Assembly (NCBI GenBank): GCA_041747555.1
Contig: JBGTEY010000013.1
Span: 80,814 to 144,813, forward strand
Direction: 5' to 3'
Origin: Patescibacteria group bacterium
GTDB lineage: Bacteria > Patescibacteriota > Microgenomatia > UBA1400 > PJMF01
Length of the DNA stretch: 64,000 nucleotides
The translations under genes and the position numbers were made by a program. Positions 55,335 through 64,000 of this stretch are shown piece after piece; position 1 is the stretch's first letter; every line of letters begins with the position of its first letter. The notes under the pieces are model-generated. The model made no database searches, was not told the DNA's origin, and was given only the letters and a program-made list of their open reading frames with translations.

Positions 55335-56773
55335 AAATTCCTACGGTCTCAATCAGACATTCCTTACTTTGGCTGATCGTTTTGCTCTCAGTTTTTCTCA
55401 GACTCTATCGAATAGAATACCCACTTTTAGATTGGCATAGTTTTAGACAAGCAGACACAGCATCAGTGACACAAGAGTATGTAAAAAATGGTATCGATCT
55501 ACTTAGACCCCGGTACCACGATGTCTCGAATATCCAAAGCGGTTACGAAAATCCAGAGGGTTACAGAATGGTTGAGTTTCCAATTATCAATGCGGCAATT
55601 GCTGCACTGATTAGGGCAATTCCACAGTTGCCACTCGTTCCGATTAGTAGGGGTGGTTCAATACTTTTTTCAATTGGCACCTTACTTTCTATCTTTTATT
55701 TGACTAAAAAGTTGAGTGGCACGACCGTGGCATACCTCGCAAGTTTTTTCTTTGCTGTCCTGCCATATAGCATTTACTATTCAAGAGTCATCCTTCCAGA
55801 GCCCGCCATGCTGTTTCTCTCTACGTTTTCGCTCTTTGCATTTTCGCAGTGGCTGACGAGCAATAAACCTAAGTGGTGGTTTTTGAGTACCGTGTCGCTC
55901 GCCTTTGCGCTTCTTTTAAAACCATTTGCCGCATTCTTAGGTCCAGTGTATTTGGCGCTGCTCTATCACCATGATGAACTGAAGTTCTACAAACGATGGC
56001 CTTGGTTAATAGCTTATGGTCTCATCTCATTTGCCCCTCTCCTTTGGTGGAGATCATGGATTGAGCAGTTTCCGAGCGGCATTCCCGCAAATGACTGGCT
56101 GATGAATGGAAACAATATTCGATTTAGACCAGCCTGGATACGATGGCTTGGTTATGAACGCCTCACCAAACTTCTTCTGGGATTTGTGGGAGTAATCTTC
56201 CTCCCGCTTGCTTTTATCAAAGATTCTGCCGACCGCCTTATATATTTTGTGTGGTGGGTAAGCATTGGTTTATTTTTTGTTGTGTTTGCCACAGGAAATG
56301 TTCAGCACGATTACTACCAAATCATCATGATTCCAATAGTATCAATCACATTAGCCAAAGGTGTACGCTTTGCATTTGATGAAATAGAAAAAAAATCATC
56401 TCACTTTGTAGCGTTCTTTCTTATAAGTGGATTGATTTTGGGAATGCTGACACTGAGCTGGAACCAAGTCAGTGGGTGGTTTAACGTAAACCATTGGGAG
56501 TATGCAAAGGCAGGTCAGGTTGCTGACGAGTGGTTGCCAGAGGATGCTCGAGTTATTGCTCCTGCATTTGGCGATACCGGCTTCCTGTTTCAAACGAAGA
56601 GAGTGGGATGGCCCATTGGGTTTGAAATTCAAGATAAAATAGACGCTGGTGCAACTCATTACGTTACCTCAAGCTTTGACGACGAAGCAAATCAACTAAA
56701 AGAGGAATATTTTATAGTAGTAGAAACTGATGATTACATCATACTTGATCTCAGAACGAAGAAAGACTCATGA
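55331..56773 (+). CDS. GT-C fold membrane glycosyltransferase, ArnT-like (GT83-like)
   Basis: 'YPLLDWHSFRQADTASVTQEY' resembles the ArnT-type periplasmic loop after TM1; about 11 TM helices. Confidence 0.6.
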   Translation: MKIPTVSIRHSLLWLIVLLSVFLRLYRIEYPLLDWHSFRQADTASVTQEYVKNGIDLLRPRYHDVSNIQSGYENPEGYRMVEFPIINAAIAALIRAIPQLPLVPISRGGSILFSIGTLLSIFYLTKKLSGTTVAYLASFFFAVLPYSIYYSRVILPEPAMLFLSTFSLFAFSQWLTSNKPKWWFLSTVSLAFALLLKPFAAFLGPVYLALLYHHDELKFYKRWPWLIAYGLISFAPLLWWRSWIEQFPSGIPANDWLMNGNNIRFRPAWIRWLGYERLTKLLLGFVGVIFLPLAFIKDSADRLIYFVWWVSIGLFFVVFATGNVQHDYYQIIMIPIVSITLAKGVRFAFDEIEKKSSHFVAFFLISGLILGMLTLSWNQVSGWFNVNHWEYAKAGQVADEWLPEDARVIAPAFGDTGFLFQTKRVGWPIGFEIQDKIDAGATHYVTSSFDDEANQLKEEYFIVVETDDYIILDLRTKKDS

Positions 56774-57969
56774 ATATTTTAATGCTCACTCCCTACTTAC
56801 CATATCCACTGCTATCAGGGGGTCAAATTCGTACCTACAATCTGCTAAAAAAGCTTTCAAAAAAACACAAGATCACACTGTTTGCGCTCATAAAAGACCA
56901 TCAAGAAAAAGAGCACATTCCAGAATTAGCAAAGTATTGTAGTGAAATACAGGTATTCAAGCGATCGAGTACGCCCTTTACACTCAAAAACATTCTTCAA
57001 ACCGGATTATCATCCTATCCTTTTTTGGTCATACGAAACCACGTACCAGAGGTAACAACAGCGGTGAAAAAAGCCTTAGCTACAAATACGTATGACCTCA
57101 TTCATGCTGAAACCTTTTATATGATGCCGCATTTGCCAAAGACCACCATACCAACACTTCTTGTGGAACAAACCATTGAATATGTCGGCTACGAAAGTTA
57201 TGCCAAAAAGGCACCGTTATTCCTCAAGCCATTTTTAGCAATCGATATTGCTAAAATCAAACACTGGGAAATGTACTACTGGAACACTGCAGACAGTCTT
57301 ATCGTGATGAGCGACGAAGATAAGTCATATATTCAACAGTATGTCAAAAATCCTGAAAAAGTTGAGGTTGTCGCAAATGGTGTGGACACTAAATGGTTTA
57401 ACGAAAAATCTGAAAAAAAAGTTAAAAAACCAACCGTACTGTTTGTCGGCACCTTTAAGTGGCTCCCTAATGTTGAAGCAGTCACTTTTTTGGCTGAAAA
57501 AGTCTGGCCAGCTATCCGTGCAGCAATACCTGATGCATTACTTTGGATCGTTGGAAATGCACCAACAGAGAAAATTCTTTCTTATCAAAACACGCCAGGT
57601 ATAAAAGTAACAGGCACAATTCCTGATATTCGCGATGCATTTGCAGGATCAGACTTACTGATTGCTCCAGTGCTGAGTGGAAAGGGCACACGATATAAGG
57701 TATTAGAAGCTATGGCGTCGGGCACACCAATTGTCGCTACCCACACAGCTGTCGAGGGTCTTGATGTTACGAATACCGTTCATGCTATGATTGCAGATGA
57801 ACCAGAACAATTAGCAGAGCAGGTCGTAACACTTTTGCAAAATAAAGATTTAAGAAAGTCACTCGCCGACAAGGGTCGAGCATTTGTTAAAAAACGCTAC
57901 GATTGGTCTCTAATTGCTGATGAATTAGACTCAATTTATAAAAAATTTGGAACCACAAGCCGAGATTAA
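56770..57969 (+). CDS. Glycosyltransferase family 4
   Basis: 'MNILMLTPYLPYPLLSGGQIR' and 'GTRYKVLEAMASGTPIVATH'. Confidence 0.75.
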   Translation: MNILMLTPYLPYPLLSGGQIRTYNLLKKLSKKHKITLFALIKDHQEKEHIPELAKYCSEIQVFKRSSTPFTLKNILQTGLSSYPFLVIRNHVPEVTTAVKKALATNTYDLIHAETFYMMPHLPKTTIPTLLVEQTIEYVGYESYAKKAPLFLKPFLAIDIAKIKHWEMYYWNTADSLIVMSDEDKSYIQQYVKNPEKVEVVANGVDTKWFNEKSEKKVKKPTVLFVGTFKWLPNVEAVTFLAEKVWPAIRAAIPDALLWIVGNAPTEKILSYQNTPGIKVTGTIPDIRDAFAGSDLLIAPVLSGKGTRYKVLEAMASGTPIVATHTAVEGLDVTNTVHAMIADEPEQLAEQVVTLLQNKDLRKSLADKGRAFVKKRYDWSLIADELDSIYKKFGTTSRD

Positions 57970-57976
57970 TGCACAT

Positions 57977-58858
57977 ATGCCAAAAAATTTACCAGCTGAT
58001 CTTGAAATAATAATTCTCACCTACAACAGTCAATTTTGGCTTAAAAAAGCACTTACAACACTTAAAGAGCATGTGCTCAGATCAAGTAAATATACGATTA
58101 TGGTTACTGTCGTGGACAATGATTCTGATGATGAGTCGGTACAAATGGTACATCAGGAATTTAAGTGGGTAAATCTCATTGAACAAACAGAAAATGTAGG
58201 ATTTGCTGCAGGAAATAATGTTGCGCTCAAAAAAACAACCGCTCGATATGCAATGCTTGTCAATTCTGATATTGAGTTCACCGATGCTTCTGATTTAGAC
58301 ATATTAATCAAGTATATGGATGACAATACTGAGGTCGGAATCATCACGCCAAGAGTTGAATTCACTGATGGCACGTTGGATCCTGCGTGTCATAGAGGCG
58401 AACCAACTCCATGGGTGATGGCAACGTATGTCATGGGGTTAGAAAATATTTTTCCCACCTCCAAATTATTTGGCTCGTATCATCAGGGTTACAAAGACAT
58501 CTCCAGCATTCACAGAATAGACGCTTGCTCAGGAGCCAGTTTGCTTATTAGATCAAAGATCATTAAAAAAATAGGACTGATGGACGAGCGTTACTTCATG
58601 TATGCCGAAGATTTAGATTGGTGCAAAGCAGCGAGAGATTCAGGATACGATATTGTTTTTCATCCCGACGTTCAAGTGATACACCATAAATATAAATCTG
58701 GAATTAAAAGTAGCTCACAGAAAATTGCCCGTCAAACAAAACGACACTTTTACAACACCATGCTACAATACTACGATAAACACTATCGCTCATCGTATCC
58801 AGAATTCGTCAGAGCAATAATAAAGTACTTAGTAATAATAAAGTTAGGAGCACTATGA
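57977..58858 (+). CDS. Glycosyltransferase family 2
   Basis: 'LEIIILTYNSQFWL', 'VVDNDSDDES', 'GFAAGNN', 'LVNSDI' and 'YAEDLDWC'. I chose the ATG at 57977 instead of the track start 57947. Confidence 0.75.
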   Translation: MPKNLPADLEIIILTYNSQFWLKKALTTLKEHVLRSSKYTIMVTVVDNDSDDESVQMVHQEFKWVNLIEQTENVGFAAGNNVALKKTTARYAMLVNSDIEFTDASDLDILIKYMDDNTEVGIITPRVEFTDGTLDPACHRGEPTPWVMATYVMGLENIFPTSKLFGSYHQGYKDISSIHRIDACSGASLLIRSKIIKKIGLMDERYFMYAEDLDWCKAARDSGYDIVFHPDVQVIHHKYKSGIKSSSQKIARQTKRHFYNTMLQYYDKHYRSSYPEFVRAIIKYLVIIKLGAL

Positions 58859-59334
58859 TGCACTCAAAACAATTTCAAATCAACCAACTTCGCATGAAAA
58901 ACATGCAGAAAGTTATCGAATCACTTATGGTGCTCGTTCTCGCTATATTCGTGACTGCACTTCTCCCCTCAATTTTGGTTCAGTTTTTACTCACAGGTGC
59001 AACAAATCCGTTTGAGCAACCTGCAGCACTTCAGTATATTCCGGTAGCGAGTTTTGCATTTGCCATCGGCTACTTAGCACTCGTTATTCTTGGCAACTGG
59101 TCAAGAGAAAAAATGATTGCAAAATTAGAGTCTGAAATGCTCGAGTCCGATTGCGCTTGTGGAGGTACTTGCGGTGGAGACTGTGGCGGTCATGATTTGC
59201 CACCAGTAACCGAAGCTGAACTCGAAGAGCTTGAAGGAATAGTAGAGCAAGCACTCAAAAAGTCTAACTCTTCCAAAAAATCTTCTTCAAGCAAAAGAAC
59301 TTCTACTTCGAAAAGAGCAAGCAAAAAGAAGTAA
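58855..59334 (+). CDS. Small two-TM membrane protein with a cytoplasmic Cys-rich motif and a Ser/Lys-rich tail; function unknown
   Basis: 'SDCACGGTCGGDCGGHD' followed by 'KKSNSSKKSSSSKRTSTSKRASKKK'. ATGA overlap with the upstream GT2. Confidence 0.45.
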   Translation: MMHSKQFQINQLRMKNMQKVIESLMVLVLAIFVTALLPSILVQFLLTGATNPFEQPAALQYIPVASFAFAIGYLALVILGNWSREKMIAKLESEMLESDCACGGTCGGDCGGHDLPPVTEAELEELEGIVEQALKKSNSSKKSSSSKRTSTSKRASKKK

Positions 59335-59373
59335 TTCGAATTAAGGTACAAAACGCAAGTTAGAAAACAAAGT

Positions 59374-60462
59374 ATGCGGATTGGGATCGATTGCCGCCTA
59401 TCCGGTGTCTCACACGCTGGGATAGGTCGGTACATTGAAAACCTAATCCGCGAACTTGTCGCGAGTGAGTCTCCACATAACTTCATTTTATTTTTTTCCT
59501 CCCGAGAGCAGGTTCGCGAGGCCTTTGGTGAAACGATTCCAAAATCGATAGAAGTCGTCTTCGCGCCCATTCGACATTACACCCTAAAAGAACAATTCCT
59601 ATTGCCACAAATTTTTCTGCGAGAAAACCTTGATCTGCTGCATGTTCCACATTTTAATATTCCTATTTTTTATCCTAAAAGGATACTTGTAACCATTCAC
59701 GATTTGCTCTGGCATGAAATCAGGGGAAGTCAAGTCACGACGTTACCGCCTTGGCAGTATTGGACAAAATACATCTTTTATCATCTGGTTACAAGAATCG
59801 CAATTCATCGATCTAAAATTATTTTGGTGCCAGCAAATACAATTCGAAATACAATAGATTCATACTACCCGGGCACGCGCCAAAAGATTTTTGTAACAAC
59901 AGAAGGCGCTGATTTGAGAATCAAGAAAAGTGATAGTTCGCGTTCAAAAAGAAAAAAAGATCAGCTATTGTATGTCGGGTCACTGTATCCACATAAAAAT
60001 GTTGAAATTATTTTACAGGCACTTAAATCACTACCAGACCATCGATTAGTGATCGTCGGAGCTAGGAACGCATTTCGTGATGCACTTGAAAAAAGAGTCA
60101 AAGACGAACATCTAGAAGATGTCGTGCAGTTTGCTGGATATGTTTCTGATAGCCAGCTTGCCAAACTATATCAGGAATCTCGGGCACTGATCCAGCCATC
60201 ACTTTCTGAAGGATTTGGCTTGACCGGTCTCGAAGCACTGCAACTTGGAACGCCTGTCATTGCATCTGACATTCCAATTTTTCATGAAATATATCAGGAT
60301 TTAGCTCTGTACTTTGACCCTCATGATCCAGCAGCGCTCGTCGGTGCATTACGCGCTCCAACTCCACAGGTTGATGAAGTTCACAAAAAAGAAGTGCTTA
60401 ATCAGTACTCCTGGAAAAAAATGGCACAAAAAACGCTTTCTGCATATGAATCCGCTTTCTAA
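59374..60462 (+). CDS. Glycosyltransferase family 4
   Basis: 'EGFGLTGLEALQLGTPVIASD'. Confidence 0.8.
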   Translation: MRIGIDCRLSGVSHAGIGRYIENLIRELVASESPHNFILFFSSREQVREAFGETIPKSIEVVFAPIRHYTLKEQFLLPQIFLRENLDLLHVPHFNIPIFYPKRILVTIHDLLWHEIRGSQVTTLPPWQYWTKYIFYHLVTRIAIHRSKIILVPANTIRNTIDSYYPGTRQKIFVTTEGADLRIKKSDSSRSKRKKDQLLYVGSLYPHKNVEIILQALKSLPDHRLVIVGARNAFRDALEKRVKDEHLEDVVQFAGYVSDSQLAKLYQESRALIQPSLSEGFGLTGLEALQLGTPVIASDIPIFHEIYQDLALYFDPHDPAALVGALRAPTPQVDEVHKKEVLNQYSWKKMAQKTLSAYESAF

Positions 60463-61654
60463 AAAAATTGATTCACCCAAAATCGCACTGGTATACGATT
60501 GGCTAACCACCGCTCATGGCGGAGCGGAGCAAGTCATTAATCTCTTGCATACTGCCTTTCCCAAAGCTCCTATTTTTACAACTATTCATAACCCTCGGCA
60601 AACACCTTGGACAGCTACAATGCATATAAAGACTTCGTGGCTGCAACATGTGCCTTTTTCACGAAGGTTTCATCATATTTTGAGTCCGTTGATGCCAATG
60701 GCGATTGAAGCACTCGAACTAGATGAATTTGATATTGTAATTAGCATAACAAGCTCAGTGGCTAAGGGCGTCATAACCAAACCACATCAACTCCATTTAT
60801 GTTATCTATTGACTCCTACCCGATATATACACCACCCAGAGTCATCGATTGGAAATGAGTTTTCATGGATGAAACTTGGAGTTTTTTCTAAAGCGTTTTC
60901 TGGAATTTTCAGCTATTTGAAACGATGGGATGCTGTTGCAGCAAATCGACCCGATGCAATTTTGCCTATTTCAAACCTTGTAGCTCAAAGAGTAAAGCAA
61001 GTGTATGATCTCGACTCCATGCCTCCGTTGTACCCTGCAATACACCTTGCAACACCTAAGAAAACACTTAAACTACCAAATGACACCGTTCTCAGCATGT
61101 CTCGACTGGTGTCATACAAACACATTGATGCAGGTATTGAAGCGTGTATCAGTCTTGGGTGGAATATGATTATTGCTGGGGAGGGCAGAGCATTTCATCA
61201 ACTGGTGAAAATCGCATCAGATCATGCAATTGTACGCGAAAAAGAGGAAAATCTTGAGAAATTTATTTCTAGGGCACTAAAATCCAAAAAAAGTATACTT
61301 TTTACTAACAACTGCACCGACACCGAACGTCTGCAATTGCTCGATGCAGCAGAATTCGCAGTTACTCCTGGTCTCGAAGATTACGGAATAAGCTCACTCG
61401 AAGCAGTTAGTGCGGGTTGTAAACTGGTGACTAATGCCAAAAGTGGCTCAAGTGAATTACTTGATACCTTACCTGGAGTCAAGTTATTAGATAATCCTAA
61501 CGCAGAGAACATTGTTCTGGCACTCAAAAAACTAAAAACTCAACCTAAGCCAACCATACCTACAAAACTTAAAAAAACACTCAATGTTGATTCATTTCTT
61601 AAAGATTTCTCAAGAATAGTGTATGATACATGGCAGCTGCACCAAAAAGTATGA
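60446..61654 (+). CDS. Glycosyltransferase family 4-like (GT-B)
   Basis: The N-terminus 'IALVYDWLTTAHGGAEQV' is typical of a GT4 N-domain. I chose the ATG at 60446 (MNPLSKK), a 17-nt overlap with the upstream gene; the track start 60314 lies deep inside the upstream gene. Confidence 0.6.
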   Translation: MNPLSKKIDSPKIALVYDWLTTAHGGAEQVINLLHTAFPKAPIFTTIHNPRQTPWTATMHIKTSWLQHVPFSRRFHHILSPLMPMAIEALELDEFDIVISITSSVAKGVITKPHQLHLCYLLTPTRYIHHPESSIGNEFSWMKLGVFSKAFSGIFSYLKRWDAVAANRPDAILPISNLVAQRVKQVYDLDSMPPLYPAIHLATPKKTLKLPNDTVLSMSRLVSYKHIDAGIEACISLGWNMIIAGEGRAFHQLVKIASDHAIVREKEENLEKFISRALKSKKSILFTNNCTDTERLQLLDAAEFAVTPGLEDYGISSLEAVSAGCKLVTNAKSGSSELLDTLPGVKLLDNPNAENIVLALKKLKTQPKPTIPTKLKKTLNVDSFLKDFSRIVYDTWQLHQKV

Positions 61655-61660
61655 AAAAAT

Positions 61661-62782
61661 ATGAATGGGAGTAACGCTATGTCATATCTAGATCACACCT
61701 ACGTTGTACTTCTGGCTGGAGGAGGTGGAACTCGTCTTTGGCCAAAGTCAAGAAAAAAAACGCCAAAACAGTTTCTAAAATTGACCAGTAAAGAATCAAT
61801 GATTCAGGTGACCGCAAGTAGAATTACCTCTTTCATTCCTTGGGAGAGAATTATTGTCGTAACCAACCAACTACATGAAGATGAGGTTAAAAAACAACTA
61901 CCTGAACTACCACCATCAAATATCATTGCTGAGCCAGAGAAAAAAGATACTGCGCTTGCCATGCTCGTCGGTGCGCTCTACGCAAAATCACTCGACCCAA
62001 AAGCAATAATCATCAATCAAGCATCAGATCACACTATCACTGACAAGAAAGAATACATTTCTGTTATGAAATCTGCTGCTCAAGTTGCTGATCAGTCAGA
62101 CGTGATTGTGACGGTTGGAATAACTCCGACGTTCCCGTCAAGTGGCCTCGGCTATATAAAAATCGGAGATGAACTCGAATCTGCAACCAAAAAATTACCA
62201 GTTTTTAATGTTGAGAGTTTTACCGAAAAACCAAAAATTGCAACTGCGCGAGCATTCATCTCTACCGGTAAATACTTTTGGAATGCAAATATGTACGTCT
62301 GGTCTGCGACAACAATCGAGAGATCATTTGAGAAACACATGCCAGAAACATATGAGCTTACAAAAGCATTGCCCAGTATGGAACCTTCCAGATTCAAGAA
62401 GGCGCTAGCTGACATATACCAAAAAGCACCAGCAATCTCTATTGACTATGCAATTTCTGAAAAAGCAACCAATTTGGTGCTTATACCGGGCGATTTCGGC
62501 TGGAACGATGTTGGCGACTGGAAAGTCGTGTATGATCTTGGTGTCAAGGATTTGGCAGGTAATGTCATCACCGGTGATGGAGAGCATGTTCACACATTGA
62601 CTATTGATGCGCAGAATAATTTAATACATGCTAACGGCAGACTGATTGCAGTTGTTGGACTAGAAGACATGATCATCGTTGACACAGATGAAATCTTGAT
62701 GATCGTCCCCAAAAACCGAAGTCAGGATGTAAAAAAGTTAGTAAATAGACTCAAAGAAGAACGAAAAACTGATTACTTATAA
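61661..62782 (+). CDS. manC: Hexose-1-phosphate nucleotidyltransferase, mannose-1-phosphate guanylyltransferase-like (no isomerase domain)
   Basis: 'YVVLLAGGGGTRLWPKSRKKTPKQFLKL' is the NTP-transferase G-rich loop, and 'FWNANMYVW' is typical of ManC/CpsB. Confidence 0.75.
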   Translation: MNGSNAMSYLDHTYVVLLAGGGGTRLWPKSRKKTPKQFLKLTSKESMIQVTASRITSFIPWERIIVVTNQLHEDEVKKQLPELPPSNIIAEPEKKDTALAMLVGALYAKSLDPKAIIINQASDHTITDKKEYISVMKSAAQVADQSDVIVTVGITPTFPSSGLGYIKIGDELESATKKLPVFNVESFTEKPKIATARAFISTGKYFWNANMYVWSATTIERSFEKHMPETYELTKALPSMEPSRFKKALADIYQKAPAISIDYAISEKATNLVLIPGDFGWNDVGDWKVVYDLGVKDLAGNVITGDGEHVHTLTIDAQNNLIHANGRLIAVVGLEDMIIVDTDEILMIVPKNRSQDVKKLVNRLKEERKTDYL

Positions 62783-62794
62783 CTATACTGCCCC

Positions 62795-63415
62795 ATGACA
62801 TACGCCCAACAAAAGCGAATCCTAGACCTTATCGTGGCTGCAGGCTTGATACTGCTTTTTTCACCTGTCTGGATTATTGTACCAATACTCATTTACTTTG
62901 ATTCAGGATGGCCAATTATCTTCACTCACAAACGCGTGGGAAAGGGTGGAAGCGAATTTAGTTTATATAAATTCCGCTCAATGGTACCTGATGCAGACGA
63001 GATTCTACACAACCGAGACAAAGAATTGCTCGAAAAATTCAAAAAAGGTGACTGGAAAATTAAAAATGATCCTAGAATCACAAAATTAGGAAAGATTCTT
63101 CGCTCTTTGACTATCGATGAATTCCCACAGCTCTACAACGTACTTAAAGGTGAGATGAGCATGGTTGGCCCAAGAGCATACCTTCAAAAAGAGCTCAATG
63201 AACAAACGACTCGCTATCCAAACACAAAAAAATATGTCGAGCAAATTCTCTCAGTCAAACCGGGCATAACTGGTCCATGGCAAACCGGTGGTAGAAACGA
63301 AATTCCATTCACTACCAGAGCAAAAATGGATGCAGCCTACGCTCAAAAACGCACCATCTGGAACGACATCATGATACTTCTGAAAACTCCTCAAGCTATG
63401 ATTTCAAAGTGGTAG
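62795..63415 (+). CDS. Polyprenyl-phosphate hexose-1-phosphate transferase, small monotopic PGT (bacterial sugar transferase, WbaP C-domain/PglC type)
   Basis: 'KRILDLIVAAGLILLFSPVWIIVPILI', 'KRVGKGGSEFSLYKFRSM' and 'DEFPQLYNVLKGEMSMVGPRA' are hallmark PF02397 motifs. Confidence 0.85.
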   Translation: MTYAQQKRILDLIVAAGLILLFSPVWIIVPILIYFDSGWPIIFTHKRVGKGGSEFSLYKFRSMVPDADEILHNRDKELLEKFKKGDWKIKNDPRITKLGKILRSLTIDEFPQLYNVLKGEMSMVGPRAYLQKELNEQTTRYPNTKKYVEQILSVKPGITGPWQTGGRNEIPFTTRAKMDAAYAQKRTIWNDIMILLKTPQAMISKW

Positions 63416-63429
63416 CTTCTCAGTAATAT

Positions 63430-63438
63430 TGGTATACT
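63430..63438 (+). promoter_or_regulatory. Extended -10-like element (TGGTATACT), 8 nt upstream of the ATG at 63447
   Basis: A direct sequence match in the 31-bp gap after the PGT gene. Confidence 0.3.
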
Positions 63439-63446
63439 ACTCCAGT

Positions 63447-64000
63447 ATGATTACAGCATCTGCCAACAGCCCAATCGACTCAGATCATGATGATGACGAG
63501 ATTGAGTCATCATCTACACAAGAAACTGCAGCACCTATCGATGAGACCTCAGACAAAGTTGGGGCGCTCTACGCCAATAAGTCGAAAACAAATCCCATAA
63601 AAACAACCAGCAAGATGAAACCTTGGCAGTGGGGGGTCATTATTTTCGTATTACTATTTGTCTTAGTTTCTACTGCAGTTGGCGCGTACACCTATGCCGT
63701 CGGACGTGAACTCGAAGTACATTCACAAGAACTAGAAGTGCTGGGTCGGCAAACCTACGACTCTTTTAAAGCACAAAACTTGCCAGAGGCCGCTGTGCGA
63801 CTCGATGCAGTTGATGTTAAATTTTCTGAAACTCATGCCACGTATCAACGCCTGGCATATATGCAATACATTCCAATTGCGAGAGCCTACTATCTAGATG
63901 GACTCCATGGCTTCAATGCTGGTAGGGCGGGAATTAACGCAGGGAAAAAAGCAATCGATGCCATTCAGCCATATGCAGATGTTCTCGGTTTTACGGGTGA
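63447..64000 (+). CDS. Hypothetical membrane-anchored protein, 3'-truncated by the window edge
   Basis: An acidic N-terminus (DSDHDDDEIESS) followed by a single TM (WQWGVIIFVLLFVLVSTAVGAYTY) and a soluble continuation. TGGTATACT lies 8 nt upstream. Confidence 0.4.
   Translation, partial: MITASANSPIDSDHDDDEIESSSTQETAAPIDETSDKVGALYANKSKTNPIKTTSKMKPWQWGVIIFVLLFVLVSTAVGAYTYAVGRELEVHSQELEVLGRQTYDSFKAQNLPEAAVRLDAVDVKFSETHATYQRLAYMQYIPIARAYYLDGLHGFNAGRAGINAGKKAIDAIQPYADVLGFTG

Noticed and set aside
59158-59200. GGT/GGC-rich imperfect trinucleotide repeat (tgtggaggtacttgcggtggagactgtggcggt)
   Set aside because: I considered a slippage-prone microsatellite or phase-variation tract. The repeat is imperfect and in frame, encoding the CxCGGxCGG motif, so it is more likely a selected protein motif than a contingency locus.
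1-64000. Search for tRNA, rRNA, CRISPR arrays and mobile elements
   Set aside because: All intergenic gaps are under 90 bp, too short for tRNA or rRNA genes. There are no regularly spaced direct repeats. No transposase, integrase or recombinase-like ORFs or inverted terminal repeats were seen.

Overview
This 64-kb window is almost entirely coding (about 98%; the largest intergenic gap is about 85 bp). It contains roughly 57 protein genes, almost all on the + strand, and many adjacent genes share ATGA start/stop overlaps. I see no rRNA, tRNA, CRISPR array or transposase/integrase. By eye the sequence is moderately AT-rich and very gene-dense, which fits a streamlined bacterium, possibly Patescibacteria/CPR; that is an inference I could not verify.

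The window is essentially one giant glycan-assembly island, interrupted only by a ruvC-ruvA-ruvB operon (49.8-52.0 kb). The glycan genes comprise:
- about 11 GT2 and about 13 GT4 glycosyltransferases;
- at least 9 multi-pass GT-C membrane glycosyltransferases (PMT/ArnT-like, several with a WDE/WEE/LDE motif after TM1);
- two DPM1/GtrB-like polyprenol-phosphate-sugar synthases flanking a small membrane protein I call DUF2304-like from memory;
- nucleotide-sugar enzymes: WecB and WecC (UDP-ManNAcA), UDP-glucuronate decarboxylase (UDP-xylose), two NAD-dependent epimerase/dehydratases, and a ManC-like hexose-1-phosphate nucleotidyltransferase;
- four SAM-dependent methyltransferases, a hexapeptide acetyltransferase and a CE4 deacetylase-GT2 fusion;
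- two Wzx-like flippases plus a Wzm/Wzt ABC exporter (minus strand);
- two O-antigen-ligase/polymerase-like membrane proteins;
- a small WbaP/PglC-type phosphoglycosyl transferase at the 3' end.

The most unusual content:
1. A tandem pair of paralogous HprK-C-like P-loop kinases (19.3-21.3 kb) embedded in the glycan cluster.
2. A methyltransferase, (alpha/alpha)-toroid protein and exporter module (23.6-33.3 kb) that looks like a glycan tailoring or capping unit.
3. A 1162-aa fusion of an O-antigen-ligase-like domain, a GT-C-like domain and a C-terminal domain with degenerate metallophosphoesterase-like motifs.
4. A small two-TM protein with a CxCGGxCGGxCGGH motif and a Ser/Lys tail.
5. Recurrent -10 hexamers placed 6-14 nt from start codons, implying leaderless transcripts.
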